Origin: Perkinsus olseni
Taxonomy: Eukaryota
Length of the DNA stretch: 63,091 bases
Assembly (NCBI GenBank): GCA_013115125.1
Contig: JABANN010000138.1
Location: forward strand, 1 to 63,091
Reading direction: 5' to 3'
Below are positions 1 through 12,365 of the stretch, in pieces. How positions within the stretch are numbered: the stretch's first letter is position 1; every line of letters starts with the position of its first letter. The translations under genes and the position numbers were made by a program. Under the pieces are notes generated by a model. That model was not told the origin of the DNA, made no database searches, and worked only from the letters and a program-made list of their open reading frames with translations.

Positions 1-718
1 GCAGTTGTATCTTCGAGCGTTTCAGGCGAGCGAGATAGCAGATGCGCTCGACAGAATGGAGTGAATCGCCATGATACGGTATGACCCCGCTCGCCCCGAG
101 CCCATAGAAATTCCGCAGCGGCGATGCTTGCTTGAAAACTTAGTATTCAGTCAACGCCAGCAAGGCCTCTATAGCAGCCGTAAGCATCAAGGGGCTTCGA
201 TTTCGGCTGGACTTCACTTACATCACCTTCCTGCAGACCGGATCGAACAGCAGCTCGGGGAAGTTCTTAGCAGAATCGAGAGAGTTAACTCACCTTACTG
301 GCCTTATTCTCCGCTAAATCTTCGAATGAGTGAGCCAAAGTATAACCTCATCAAGCAGTCTCACGATGAGCCCTCGATCTGGTAGTATGGTTCTACTCCT
401 CGATAGAAGCTTTGCTTATAATTTACATCGTGCTGTTCATGGTACAGTCGCCACGTCTCTCAGCACAGAGGGCGTCGTCAGCTGTCACGCCAATTTTACA
501 CAATATTGCTCTCCAAGAAACTCTGTCAGACTGGAACCCTCCAGTCGCCAGTAAGTCTCTGCTCCTCCAAGGGTTGCATTCCTGCTACTCCGTTACCCCG
601 AATAATATCCCCCTAGTTATTCTCAGCTTCCATATCGTAGCTAAGCCCGGGGCATGAGACGACGTATGACCAACAACGCAAGGCACTGTGACGATGATAG
701 CTGTGAATGCAAATTAGA

Positions 719-3384
719 TTAAATGCCTCGCTTCTTGAGGTCCCTTTTTTTATTCCATTTCCCTGGACCACCGACATGGCTGGACGTGGAAGACACTGAC
801 GTCCTGCTGGTTGTGCTCGCGTTAGAGGCCGGCCCTACCGCCTGAGTAGTGTCGTCGCAGCCACTGTAAACTAATGGAGCGTCTTTAACATGCGTTCTAT
901 AAAATTCTACGACCTCGGGAGAGCACCCGAACCGGCGTGCGTCGAAGCTCAAGACTTGCAAGCCTTCGATCGATCGTGCACGACTGAGGGCCACGTACCT
1001 GCAAACGGCTCAGCTCTGATCGAGAGGCAGCCCAGCCTGGCTACGCTTGGCCCTCCGCAAATACTCGGCTGATGTCCACTTGCACACAGTCGATAGACAT
1101 ACCCTGGGCCTGGAAGGATTCCGAATGACGAAGGGCTTTGGGCCCTCCCCAGGATGCGGGGTCGCAGCGGCACGGAGAGGCCCTCACCTTGTGAATGGTC
1201 ATCGCCCAAGAAAGCTTGAGCGGTATCTGTTTCCGCTTCATTTTCCTATTCTTCGTCTCCAACTCGAAGTTCTCAAAGCCTATGATCTGCTCGACAATCT
1301 CCCCCATGTGAGAGAATTGCACCTGCGCTGAAGAAATCGCTGATTTCTGCCCCGCTGGCTGAGCTGCTCACCTTCGGCAGTCGTGGAGCACTGGACTCTC
1401 GCAACTCCATTTCTGGACCATCTGAGGCAAGCAATCACGCACCTCTGTGAAAGATTCTTTGAGCCCGCTCATCCAACATCATCAATGGGCTGATACGGTC
1501 AAGCCTCACCTTCAGGCCCAGGAGAGAGACCTCCCGAAGCTGAGACGAACCCCACCACCTTCCCCTGGGAACCGTTGACCAGCCGAGTTCCCAAGTCGCC
1601 CGACTGGTTCTTCAGCAACATCACCTGACAGTATCGAGGGTCTCGAGCGAAGGGATACCCCCGGAGATACGGACTTGAGCGCCTATCTTTAGAGTAAGCT
1701 TCCGAGGAAATAGTGTGTAGCGATCCATATATTGGAGGTCATCTGGGTGCCCTGAGTCCTCAGCCTCGTACCTGAGCATGGCAGAGAGACGTCCTATCCA
1801 CGGCACGACGGCAGAGGGAAAGCGGTCAAAGCACGACAACACGCGTCGTCTGAAAAGCTCCGCACTCACGTTTCACTTTCGCCGCTGAGTCGACCCATCT
1901 CCTCGGCATTTTTACGGTCCACCTGCTCGTTCGTCGGGTACAGAATCGTTGGCCTCACCTACGCTACACCATCCGCACAGCGACGCCCGTCCAACCTCAC
2001 CCCGCTAGGTGTTGTGATCTCTCGCTGCAGTCTCTTGAGCAGGTTCATAGATCGCTGTGAGAGATTATTGTCGCGTATCTCATCCAGCATGTCCTTCAAC
2101 GCCTTATCCTTAGTGCGGTACCTAGGTAGAGGTCACAGCCACTGATGGTCATCCCGTCGCACTTACACTTGCGTCAGGCGGACGTTGATCTCAATGGCCC
2201 TCTCCCACTCTGGGGACTCGTAGCACTTGAGGCCCTGGTCAAGATTGGCATCACTCTGCCGATTTTTGAAGACTGGCGGTAACTACTTTTTGACCAATAC
2301 CAACGCGTCAAGAACAGACCGATCGTACTTGGTAGAAATCACCGACCAACACCAGCTGGATCCCTCCGAAGGGTTTCGTCCGCTCAGATCGGATTTCCTT
2401 CGCGACATAGTCCAGCTTGTTGAAGAGGTCCGCGCTCATCATCGACACCTCATCGATGATCAACACTCGACAGTCGTGCCAGTTCTGCACAGCCTTGCCG
2501 TTTCGCTTCACGAACCTCACTAGGTCCTGCTTAGTCCCGCGTCTGAGTAAGAAACACCGATGGCCGCAGCCCAGCACCAAACTCCCTACGCGAGACCGAT
2601 GCCAGCAAAGCTATGCAGAGTCGTAGCTCTTCTATCCAAGAGCGTAGAGGCTATGCCGGTGAGGGCTGAGAACAAAGAGCAGTATCTCCAGCTGGCGGCT
2701 GAGTACACGCCGCGATACTTACCCGTTATGAAGGTAGATTTCTGCGGCAACGCCCTGATGACTTCTCGAAGAGTTCTTGTTTTCCCTGTTCCAGCGCTAC
2801 CTAATGCAGACCACCATAAAAGGACAGCCTTTGAATCCAGCAGGCGCTTCCTCACCTGTAAAGAATATGCTCTTCTTCTGTTTGACTATCAAGTCAAATA
2901 CGTAACGCTGTTGATCAGACAGCTCGCCCTCCTCCTCGAACACACTCGTGCCCTACCAGACAATAGTGGACCATCAACTCAGAAGGCAGCAGCAGCAGCT
3001 CCTCACACGACGCCTTTTCCATGCTGCCGCGTCCTTCTCTCTATCCTCCTGCATCCAGAACGGTACCGTACGCCGCTTTGTTGGGGGTTCATAACTCTCC
3101 ATCACGGGCTTGCTCATCGACATGTTAGAAGCGCTGGGGCTGCAGAAGAAACCTGAGCACAGATCACGGTCCGCCAGAGCGACCATAAAGTTCGGGTTCG
3201 GGTTCGGGTTCGGGTCCGGGTCCGGGTCCGGGTTCGGGTTTGACCTACTCTCAATGGAGGCGTCCGGGAGAGGCCGTGCGGTCGTCGTTCTACTCTTCCG
3301 ACTGCTAGGACTCTGTGGCTTGGTTGCCAAAGGCGTGGTCGGCTCCAAATCTATGACTTCATTCCCGTTGATCAATGATGACAT
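719..3384 (-). CDS. PIF1: PIF1-family 5'-3' DNA helicase (multi-exon)
   Basis: Exon fragments carry the SF1B/PIF1 motifs in order: GSAGTGKT (Walker A), TLHSFAGIG, IIDEVSMM, KPFGGIQLVLVGDFYQ, QIPLKLSWAMTIHK, QGMSID, FAEGQ/AYVALSRA. The start is approximate. Confidence 0.93.
3191..3238 (+). repeat. (TTCGGG/TCCGGG)x8 hexamer repeat; encodes an NP/DP repeat in the PIF1 N-terminus
   Basis: Eight consecutive hexamers, each with a GGG tract, read directly. Confidence 0.95.
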
Positions 3385-3513
3385 GCTCTGCTTAATTCGA
3401 CTTGCTGCAAGAAGCTCAACCGACAGACTGCAGACGCAACCTTAGGTAGGGATTCGAAATTGAAGTGCTATGGAACTCATTGAATTCGGCATGGTGCGGT
3501 ATTGAGTAGGCGC

Positions 3514-4918
3514 TCATCTCTTGCCGTACATTGCTCGATACTTCTCCCTCAATGTTACCAAGAAGCCTCCTAGAGTCGTGCAAGGCGGCATTCGACAATT
3601 CAGATTCGCCACAAGCTTGTCGAGAAGGGTGACCTAAGCTGAGTGATACCCACCCCTACACCGCAACAAATCCGCTCACCCGGGGCACGCAACTGGCTAT
3701 CGAGTACTTCTGCGTCTTCTTATCCCGGGCCAGCACGAAGACTAGAGGCTCATCGCAGCCCTCAACCTCCTCCAAGCGAACTCTCGCCTCTGTTGGTCCG
3801 ATGAACTGCCAGGAAGACCTCATACACCGGTAAGACTAGGATGTCCGTTCATGCACTTCCAGCAGTGCAATTCGATAAGTCTGGACACAGCGGAGCAGCC
3901 CCATTTTTCATGTCAGCGTCACCCTGCACTAGATTCTGAATGCGAGCTTACCGCGTGGTCTCGCTTATTCTATTATATACCAGATGAGCAAACAGTGTAC
4001 CACAGTAGGGGTGAGAAGCACTTCAGGAAAGGTCTCACTTTCAAGCCAGGTCGCTACACGTACCACGATTGAACAAGCCATTCCTCCGCAGGAATTCCCG
4101 GCGGGAAACCTCAATTGCATGGAAGGAAAAATCCATGGATAAAACGTGGAGACAGCGGAGGTGGAAAGTGAACTGGCCATGGATTTCCAGAAGGCGCCCG
4201 CGTTGCGCCCGGTGAGGCACCCCCTCCCCCGATTGAAGTACCCACCTCGAGGGATAAGCCGAGTGCATCCTTGAACGCCTCGCATTTGGCCTCGAGACAG
4301 TCACTGCTTTGATGGCAGGGCGGATGAGCAGACGACGATGATGGGGCAGTTTCCAACACTTCGTGTTGGTCCTTCCTATAAATGGGAGCTTTTTCAAGCA
4401 GCCCAATTGGCGTCCCACTTCTCTGCATTCTCCAAAAGAAGTTCCTCCTTGTCATGGGTTGTATTCCACAGGTTGGCTCGGTTCTCCCTGGCTAGAGCGA
4501 AGGCTTCCTCTAGCTCCTTATGGCGGGACTTCACCGTTTCAGCCAGCTCGTCGCATTCCTGAAGGCAATAATTCACAAATTTGGTCGAGCCGTATTCACA
4601 GGCGCCACCAGCCGCGGTAAAATACGAGAAGACCACGGGAAAGGAGCCACTCCGCGAGCAAAGGAGGATCCAAAAATACTCGATGCGCTATCGTGACCTA
4701 CGTGGCATTTTTCTAAGTAAGTAACTTTCTCCAGGTGAGCTACTTCGTCTCGAAGGCCTCGAATGCGCTGCAGCGCCCTCGCGTAGGACGCCTGACAGAT
4801 GGGTAATAAGTACTGACAAGGCCTCGGCGCTTCTGACCTCGACACTTGCACATGGCTGAGCAGCGAGCTTGCTGAGATCCTCTACCTGCTGTACTATTGT
4901 CGACAGTTCGTCCATCAT
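3514..4918 (-). CDS. Putative Spc25-like kinetochore (NDC80 complex) subunit
   Basis: Coiled-coil N-terminal exons, then DALGLSLE ... REFRLEEVEGCDEPLVFVLARDKKTQKYSIASCVPR / VTLLDKLVANLN...GFLVTLREKY*. This fits the Spc25 RWD-like pattern (LGL..F....Y.V..C.P.....LV..LN....FL...R). Confidence 0.5.
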
Positions 4919-5469
4919 GCAAGGAGAATATTGAAAGCTCTTTGTGGTATGGATGGCGAATCACCAGTATTAGCTATGACGCATTCGCACGGCAGAGACG
5001 CAGCCTACAATAGACGGTTGAATGCATTACACCCCGCTAATCCCGTCCAGCGAATAATAGTATATCTATAAACTCGACACCCGAGGAGGTCACGATGCAT
5101 TTCAAGCATCACGTTGGAACGCTGGGCGTTCGCAAGAGGCCGGACACCATTAAAAGTCGCCGCAGAAAAGAGACACCGGTGCTAGCGACCTCAATGATCG
5201 AACCCACGACTATGGCCATTAGCGGCAGTTCGCCAGTGGACGTAACCCCAGACTTCTCCCCCAACTGATTGACTGACTGGACCGACTAACATTATTAAAC
5301 TCGAAGACAAGGCCACCGCTACATCCAGCCCCTACAGGGAGGGGCCGTCGAGAAACTCAATCAAGCTTATGGAGGAAGGGCCACTACTACTTAAGGCAAC
5401 CCTGCCTAAGTTCTGTCACCGCAAAGTCGGGAATGGTGTGGTATGATATAGTATGATATCATAATATTG

Positions 5470-7353
5470 GTCTCAGTTAATACAGGCTTCCAAGCAGAGC
5501 AGTGCCGCAGTCCACCTCGACATCTCTCATCAGGGAAGTGATGCATGATACACAGCAACGCCGGCCCACAATGGTGCCTCATTCTATACAGCAACCGCAA
5601 ACTCGATCCGAACAGATGCCGGGATAGGTCGGAGTTCCAGCCTTCCACAGAGCCTCCCCGCCTGGGGCGTACACCACTAGCTCTGACGCCTTTCTCTCGG
5701 CGGGTCGAAAACACGGATTCCAACAGCAACCTGGGCAAGGAAGAAAGCATGCCCCGATTCACAGGTTGTGAACCTGCCTGAAGGCGGACAGCAGTATGCC
5801 GCGAGATTCACTGCTAGTGACCGTGAGAAGGGCGTCCCCTCGCTCGGTCTTATCCGCTTCAAATACGATATCCTATACCTGCAGTATAACAACGCACCTC
5901 CTAGAAAGCGAACCCCAACTCTATCAGCGAAAGAACGTCCGGAGCTGATCAGTGAGCTGGGATAGACCAAGCCCGAAGCTCGAATGCGACGACGTGACCG
6001 TGAATGCTGGTAAGTACCACAATTTACGCATCTCACCAAGATATGTCTTCCCATGTGGTGACTCCTCTGCACGCTAGATACGTGTGGTAGCTCACTAGAC
6101 AGGTAAGCATCACTAAGAACAGGAACGCCATGAGATTAGCCAGTACAAGGACCTGAATGAAGGACCGTCAGCCACGAAGCGTAATACAACTGGCAAATAG
6201 CATTCAAAAGCTGCTCGAAACAAGACAGAGCAGCCATCTGCAGCAGAGGTAACCGCAGACAGGTCCAGCCGCTAGTACCCCGAACATCTGGGCGAAGTTG
6301 GTGTCCTGCAGCTCTGTCGGGAACTGAAGCGCTCTCCTTATGCCAGCCACGAAGAACCACAACAGCTCCGCCCACTGCGCCCACAGGTACCTTAGAAAAG
6401 CCCGCGACCGTTGCAGGAGAGATCAATCCACCGAGAAAACAGTACCAATAAAACCATACTCTATTATTCTCTCCCACACAGGTACCCAGCCACACACAGT
6501 GATGGTCGTGCGTGCGAACGCAGCGGTTGCAGTCAGCACAATGCTTGCACCGAAGAGGCTGCCACGCCTCGCACCTGCACCATCATCATTACCCAGGATA
6601 TTTAATACAGCGCGATACCCACTTTTTGCAGTATCGTAAAGGTATTCCGAACTGCCGTGGTACGGGCTCGCCAGGCTCGTCATCCGAGTGCCCCGAGTCA
6701 GGTTCGGGCGTCCGCTGCCGCGTCTCTGATGCCGAAGGGCCTTCAGAGGGATCGGACGCCGGTTTGCCCATCCTGTAAGAACCCATTGAAAATTGAGGGC
6801 CCCCTACTCGTGTGCATTGCGAATAAGGGCGCCCACGTTGCTGTCGACCAAACCTCTCTCAATGACCTAGTCCCATGTTCCGCAGGACCACAAAACTGTC
6901 ATCCTGTGACTACGGAGCCACCGCGTGATCGATGACGGCCCGCGGAGGACGCCTTCCCATCTTAAGTGGGGGACCCCGACCTACACTGAGCCGCCATCCA
7001 GCGCTCCCATCTCTAAATCCACACCATCTGATGCACCGAAGTCGCTAGGCAGCGGGTGGTAGTCCGGGCGCAGGAAGCCAGGATCACACAGCGAGGCCCG
7101 CAGGTAGAGTAGCAGAGCCGACACCATCAGGGCCACGGAGACCCTACCCTTGTACGAACCTGAGCAGCGTCTGAGTCGATCAACAGGGTAGTGCTGCCAG
7201 CGGCTACAACTACTCACCGAAGTCCCGCAGGTCTGGCACAGACAGGAACAGGCAGCCAGCTATTACAAAATGAAGAATGAGAACGCAGGATACTGCTCCC
7301 AGCCGGTGACATTGGCACACGCCGCTGTAAACCCCAGAGGAGGCGGCCGCCAT
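5470..7353 (-). CDS. DHHC-type zinc-finger palmitoyltransferase (multi-exon; 3' end approximate)
   Basis: Spliced reading gives [56 protein letters not shown] motif follows the N-terminal TM segments, and a TTWE-type motif lies downstream. Confidence 0.9.
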
Positions 7354-7470
7354 TTGAACTCAGACGATAATCGTATAACAACTGGGTCGGTGGGAAGAGC
7401 GGGAGACGCAAGCCTTAGACGCAAATCAAGAGAAACTTGTCAACCACGAGCCCCTCCTGAAGACCGCTGG

Positions 7471-10400
7471 TCATTCGCTACATTGTACTCCCGCGAATAT
7501 GCTCCTTGCGATATCTCCACCAGCATCCGCTGCCGCATACCTTCCGGCATCTGATACACCCCTGCTGTACAAAGCCCGTCCTAGCTCCGGATTAAAGCGA
7601 ACCTCAGGGCGATCGTACGAAATTTCTCGGACAGGAGCGCCGTTACGTCTCACCGAGATCTACCCAAAGACTATCGCCTGCCAAGGGCTATCGATCTAGT
7701 GTGAGTGAGCCGTTACATACGAGCGCGCATCTATCAGCCACATAAGTCACAACGGGAGGTCCGTAAGTCATATAAGTCACACGGTGGTGGCTGCTCCTAC
7801 CGGCACCCCGTGTATCCAAGTACTGTGGCCATTGGGAGGAGGCATCTTCAACAGAGTCATCAGATCACGCAATCCGACCTTCCGAACGTCTTGTATACTG
7901 GTTACCTGATCACACAGTTATCCCACTCCGGTTCCCAACAACTAACTCACATGCTGTTCCAAGGTCTCCGCGACGATCTGTTTCCGCTGATCGTCTGTTG
8001 ATAACATCCTCTCAGCGTTCACTAATGACCGCTGGGCTCCTGTTACCTACCATGCATACTGATGGAGTTGAGTATGTCGACTGCCGCTGTTGAGCGATGA
8101 TGGCGAGCAATGCTAGTGTGCTGCCTACCAGCCGTTCCTGCATGGCTTGATGCTGTTCCATCTCCTGTTGCCGCATTTCCTCAGGGGACGGCAGGCTTCC
8201 TCCTCCCGCTCGTGATGCTGCCGCCCGGGACTTCGCTCCTTGGCCAGTTCCAGTGCGATTAGCCCGGGCCTCAGCTGCTTCCTGTGTAGCCCGTTCTCGA
8301 TGCTCTACAACTGCCTTGCACAGTGCGCCCACGTAAGCTGCTTGCTCCTGCCACCACCGAGCGGATCCTCAAGCATTCTCCGGGAGCCACCCTGTCCCAT
8401 GCGTACCTTCTTTCGCCGAGACCACTCCTCGGTCGAAGTATCTCTGCTTTGTGACAGGTGCTTGGCGATTTGAGATGGATACAGCTCCGCCCTGGCAGAG
8501 AGCAAACTTGACGAGGCCACGGTCTCTCCTTGGCAGAATCTTGAAAGCAAATAAGTATCATCGTCCTTACCTGTGCTTGCTAATCCGATGCAGCATCTGC
8601 TGTGCCACCTCAGCCCAGTACTCCATAACATCCCCCAGAGCCGTCAGTACCTCCTCGCTGGCTAGGACCACCCCACGACGTTGCACCCGGTGACTTATCC
8701 GCATCAACTGATGGCGAACACTATACCACCGTCTCAGTGCGAGTACTACCATCTGCTCCTTGTGAGCTCTCCGAACACTCTCAATGTCAACCTGCGGTGT
8801 GGATGCCAGGGAAAGCGGAGACGGGCTCTGAAAGGCACGATCAGGGGAGGGCCTGAGAATGCATAGTTACCGCCGAGGGCGAGCCAGCGTCCCATCCAAG
8901 GCTTGCTGCTGGTGGTACTACACCCATGGTCAACGGCGACGCGGAGGGCGATGCTCTGAGAAGAAACGGACAAGGCGTACATTCTCCACTAGCAGTGAGC
9001 TCAGCAATGAGAAAGATTCAATCAGCTACACAATTCCGAGTCCAAGACCGGAAACATGGCGTGACCCCTGCGACTTCCATCATTCTTACATCGGTGCCGC
9101 AGTAGCCGGGGCTTGCTGCTGTTGCATGATGAGCTGTTCAAGCGCGTCCAGGGCATCCGTCCCACCACCACCCGCTGGAGATGGCGCGAGGTTCTGTGGT
9201 GTGGTTGGCCGTTGGGGCGACACACTAGGCTGACTGGGAGCTGCAGGAGGTGGCAAAAGAAGATTGCCGGAGAGGTGAGATCCCGTAGGCGATGGGGACG
9301 CCTCGACGCGGGCTCTCTTCGCAGGGTCGCCGGACGCCGCAGAGGCAGGTGATGGCATTGCGGTCGGCCTTGGTGAGAGAATCTACACACCAACCATCCA
9401 TTGACCACAGCTCATGATCACGAGGAGGTGGGTAAACGGGAGTCCCTCTGGAAGCATACAGGGGCCTACACGCCGTCTACTTCCCACCACCACCAGACCG
9501 CCGCCATCAGCGGCGGCGGCGGAAGCCTTCCAAATCCCCACTTAGTACTCGATTAATCTGAGCCTGTAGAGTATTCGCCAACTGACTACTAACTCCTGGT
9601 CCAGTGCCAGCCCCTGCCTGCTGGCCTGGCGTTGGTGGCGGCGGTTGCAGATGACTTTGCCCAGCCTGAATGATCCAATCCCCAACTACCATGACCGGAG
9701 CCCTCACCCGCTGTTGCTGCTGCTGCTGCTGGTGTTGTTGTTGCAAAGTCCTGAGCTGCTGAATGAACTGCGCATTATTCATGGGTAGCCGACTTTGAGC
9801 AGCACCCTGTGGATGGGCGGCAGCAGCAGCTCCGACCGTCTGCCCTCCATTCTGACGACCTAACATCTCACTATGCGTTCCCCCGAGCACTGCTCTTTCA
9901 CCTTGCCGCATTATAGCCGCCGCAGCAGCCGCAACCGCTGAATGATTCTGAGACACAGCTGAGCATGCGGTAACAGAACTTTCCGATGGTCGTACCTGAC
10001 TGGTCCCTGTTGCCTGAGCATTCCCGCTTCTACTCTGAGCTTGGGCTCTCAGGTAGGCCTGCATGATGCTGTTGTTGTGGGGTTGTGGCGTATTCTGCGG
10101 TGCTGGACTCGGCGAAATCATCGAGACCGCCCGCTGCAGTATATCATGATACGCCTATCACGAATGTTGCCTTTCATCATCATCAGCACTTGAAGGAATC
10201 TCTTATAACCTTCTCCCCTAGAATGTCTTTGGTACTCTGCATCAGAGTCAGCACACGTTGCTGGGACATCACTGGCTGCAGGGTGTGGGACAGAAGCTGC
10301 TGCTTCAAGGTGCTGGCCTCACTCGCCAATTGCCTAACCTGAACCCGCCCAGGCTACGTGCAGGCATACGGTAGCACTGCTCCTCACCTGTTGCCCCCTT

Positions 10401-10616
10401 CCCGCGGCATCATACGCATGGAAGCTCTGAGGAGAACATGATACCGTAAAACCCCCTATTCACAGACATGGTGAAGGGTGCCCGAGCAGCCTCCGAGTGC
10501 TACTATCCTCCCCACAATATGACCTGTCTTATATGCTCCAGCAGCAAGTCGCACACGTCAGTTGGACGGCATCGTGCTCCGTGCTGTGACGGTGTCCCTG
10601 GAGGATTGCTAGCCAT
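7471..10616 (-). CDS. TAF4-like TFIID subunit (Q/P-rich middle, histone fold, conserved C-terminal motif)
   Basis: Histone-fold-like SEEVLTALGDVMEYWAEVAQQMLHRISKHR; C-terminal VRKVGLRDLMTLLK resembles the TAF4 RVNLRDL motif; poly-Q region; N-terminal helical segment ending MQSTKDILGEK. Boundaries are approximate. Confidence 0.55.
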
Positions 10617-11115
10617 GGAGGATCCAACACATCCCCTTGCATGATCAATAAGCGAGCTCAGTTACACAGTCCTAATGATACGTCCCCTTCGTAACAGTTG
10701 CGCTCCCCTAGAGGCGAATCGGCTCCTATTACCCCTAGAGTGGGAGATGATGCTAAGGTCCCCTTTGAAGCCATACAGCGTGACGCCCACGCCATCATTC
10801 ACCGACTCTTGCGACAAGGGCCGATGAACCCCAGATGCGATTGCTCCGTCAATTCTCCCTGTCCCCCCCACTACTGCAGGTCACTGAACACGATGTCATT
10901 ATTCAGTTTCTACCATATAGAGAGCAGTGTATTGTTATTAGTAGTATCATTATTATCTCTGAAACTTTCAACCGATGAAGATGGAGAAGCTGTAATGTTA
11001 GTAGTAGCAGCGGCGACAGCAATAGTATCAGCAACCAACACCAACAGCGTGAGTACTCCTCCAACGCCAAGTGACCATAAAGTCAGCCGTCCGCCCTCCA
11101 CTGCCACTGAGCAGC

Positions 11116-12054
11116 TCACGCCGAAGTAGCCCCGCCAGCCGCTGCCGCATCTTCCGGCTGCGGCACCATATGCATCATGAAGCCAAATCGATAATCACCC
11201 TTTACAAAGTCTACCATACCGCTGATTCCGAAACCCATGAAGTCCTGGACGAAACATGAGACCTTCCCGCAGGTATCCAGCAGGCCCTGGACTCTCGCGT
11301 GACGGAAGGTGTACTCATAGCCCAGGCGCAGCTGGCTCTCATGCTCGGGCTGGCTGTACTCGAACTCACTGCCAATCGCCAGTCTGTCGGACACCTTGCG
11401 TACGTACTGCATCTTAGCTGAGTGCACATTAGCCTGTGGCCCCTGCTTGAAATCAGGCTGTCGGCCGAGGGCGAAGCTGAAGTAGTTGGGACCCCAGACA
11501 TAGCGACCGCCGAGACCTCCAATAGAGACGCCATTCACTGCCACATGCGTGAGCTCACCACCCAACGAGAGATTATTAGTAACCTCCTGAGCGAAGCTGA
11601 GGTTGGATATCCAGGTACCCTGATAGGCCAGCTTAGCACTAGCAGCCCAATCCTCCCCTTGCTGGTCCACAGTGAACTCGTACATATTCCTCTGAGGATC
11701 GTGAAGGTTCGAGTTTGCGTTGATCTTCAAGTCAGTCCCCTTGAACAGCTTCTTCATCAGCCGAGCATTGACTCCGCCGTCCATTCCAAGTCTGCCTACC
11801 ATCACAGTGCGCCCATCATCAGTGGCGTAGGTCGGACCGAACTGGTAGAGATATTGATTCGGGCTAAGGGAGGTGCCCAGGAAGAGAGAGTGATTGGCCT
11901 GCATATTCTTCGTCACCGTCTTCCCTGCCTCAATACGAAAGCCATCAAAGTTGTCCTGGTTGAGGATCTGCTGCCACTCCCTCGCGAACTGATCGTACTG
12001 TACGACGTTCGGGATGACTGTGGGGTCTACCTTGGGCGGTGCAGCAGAGGACAT
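11116..12054 (-). CDS. TOM40: Mitochondrial import receptor Tom40 (eukaryotic porin-3 family), intronless
   Basis: Uninterrupted ~312-aa ORF with the Tom40 pattern: FDGFRIEAGK, ANHSLFLG, YQFGPTY, G.VNAR, QEVTNNLSLGGEL, YVRKVSDRLAIGSEFEY, GYEYTFR, DYRFGF. Confidence 0.92.
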   Translation of the reverse strand: MSSAAPPKVDPTVIPNVVQYDQFAREWQQILNQDNFDGFRIEAGKTVTKNMQANHSLFLGTSLSPNQYLYQFGPTYATDDGRTVMVGRLGMDGGVNARLMKKLFKGTDLKINANSNLHDPQRNMYEFTVDQQGEDWAASAKLAYQGTWISNLSFAQEVTNNLSLGGELTHVAVNGVSIGGLGGRYVWGPNYFSFALGRQPDFKQGPQANVHSAKMQYVRKVSDRLAIGSEFEYSQPEHESQLRLGYEYTFRHARVQGLLDTCGKVSCFVQDFMGFGISGMVDFVKGDYRFGFMMHMVPQPEDAAAAGGATSA

Positions 12055-12365
12055 ATTCCACGGAAAATAGGTAACAGCTAAAGATGCTGGCAAGAGGACA
12101 AGTCACTGTGCGGCGATGAGATCACCTCGACCAAGCACAACACCACAGGTATCTCAAGAATTACTACGTAGATCTGTACATAGGCCGATGGAGTGCAGAG
12201 GGCTCGTCAGTATCATATAACGCAGCAGCGCTGTGATACCTCCTCGTAATTTGGCGAAGGAGTGGTACGTAAGTGTTAGAGGTGTCTATATTGAGAGAAA
12301 CAGGTGATGCAGTGCAGCACTGGCACAGAGACGTCGCTAACGCCAAATCGTTAATTCTGACAGGT

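Noticed and set aside
1-657. Short ORFs at the window start
   Set aside because: No recognisable motifs; may be the tail of a gene outside the window.
11422-12081. Long antisense ORFs (e.g. 219 aa opposite Tom40; 273 aa at 29879-30700; 278 aa at 15252-16088)
   Set aside because: These are shadow frames of GC-rich real coding sequence on the opposite strand.
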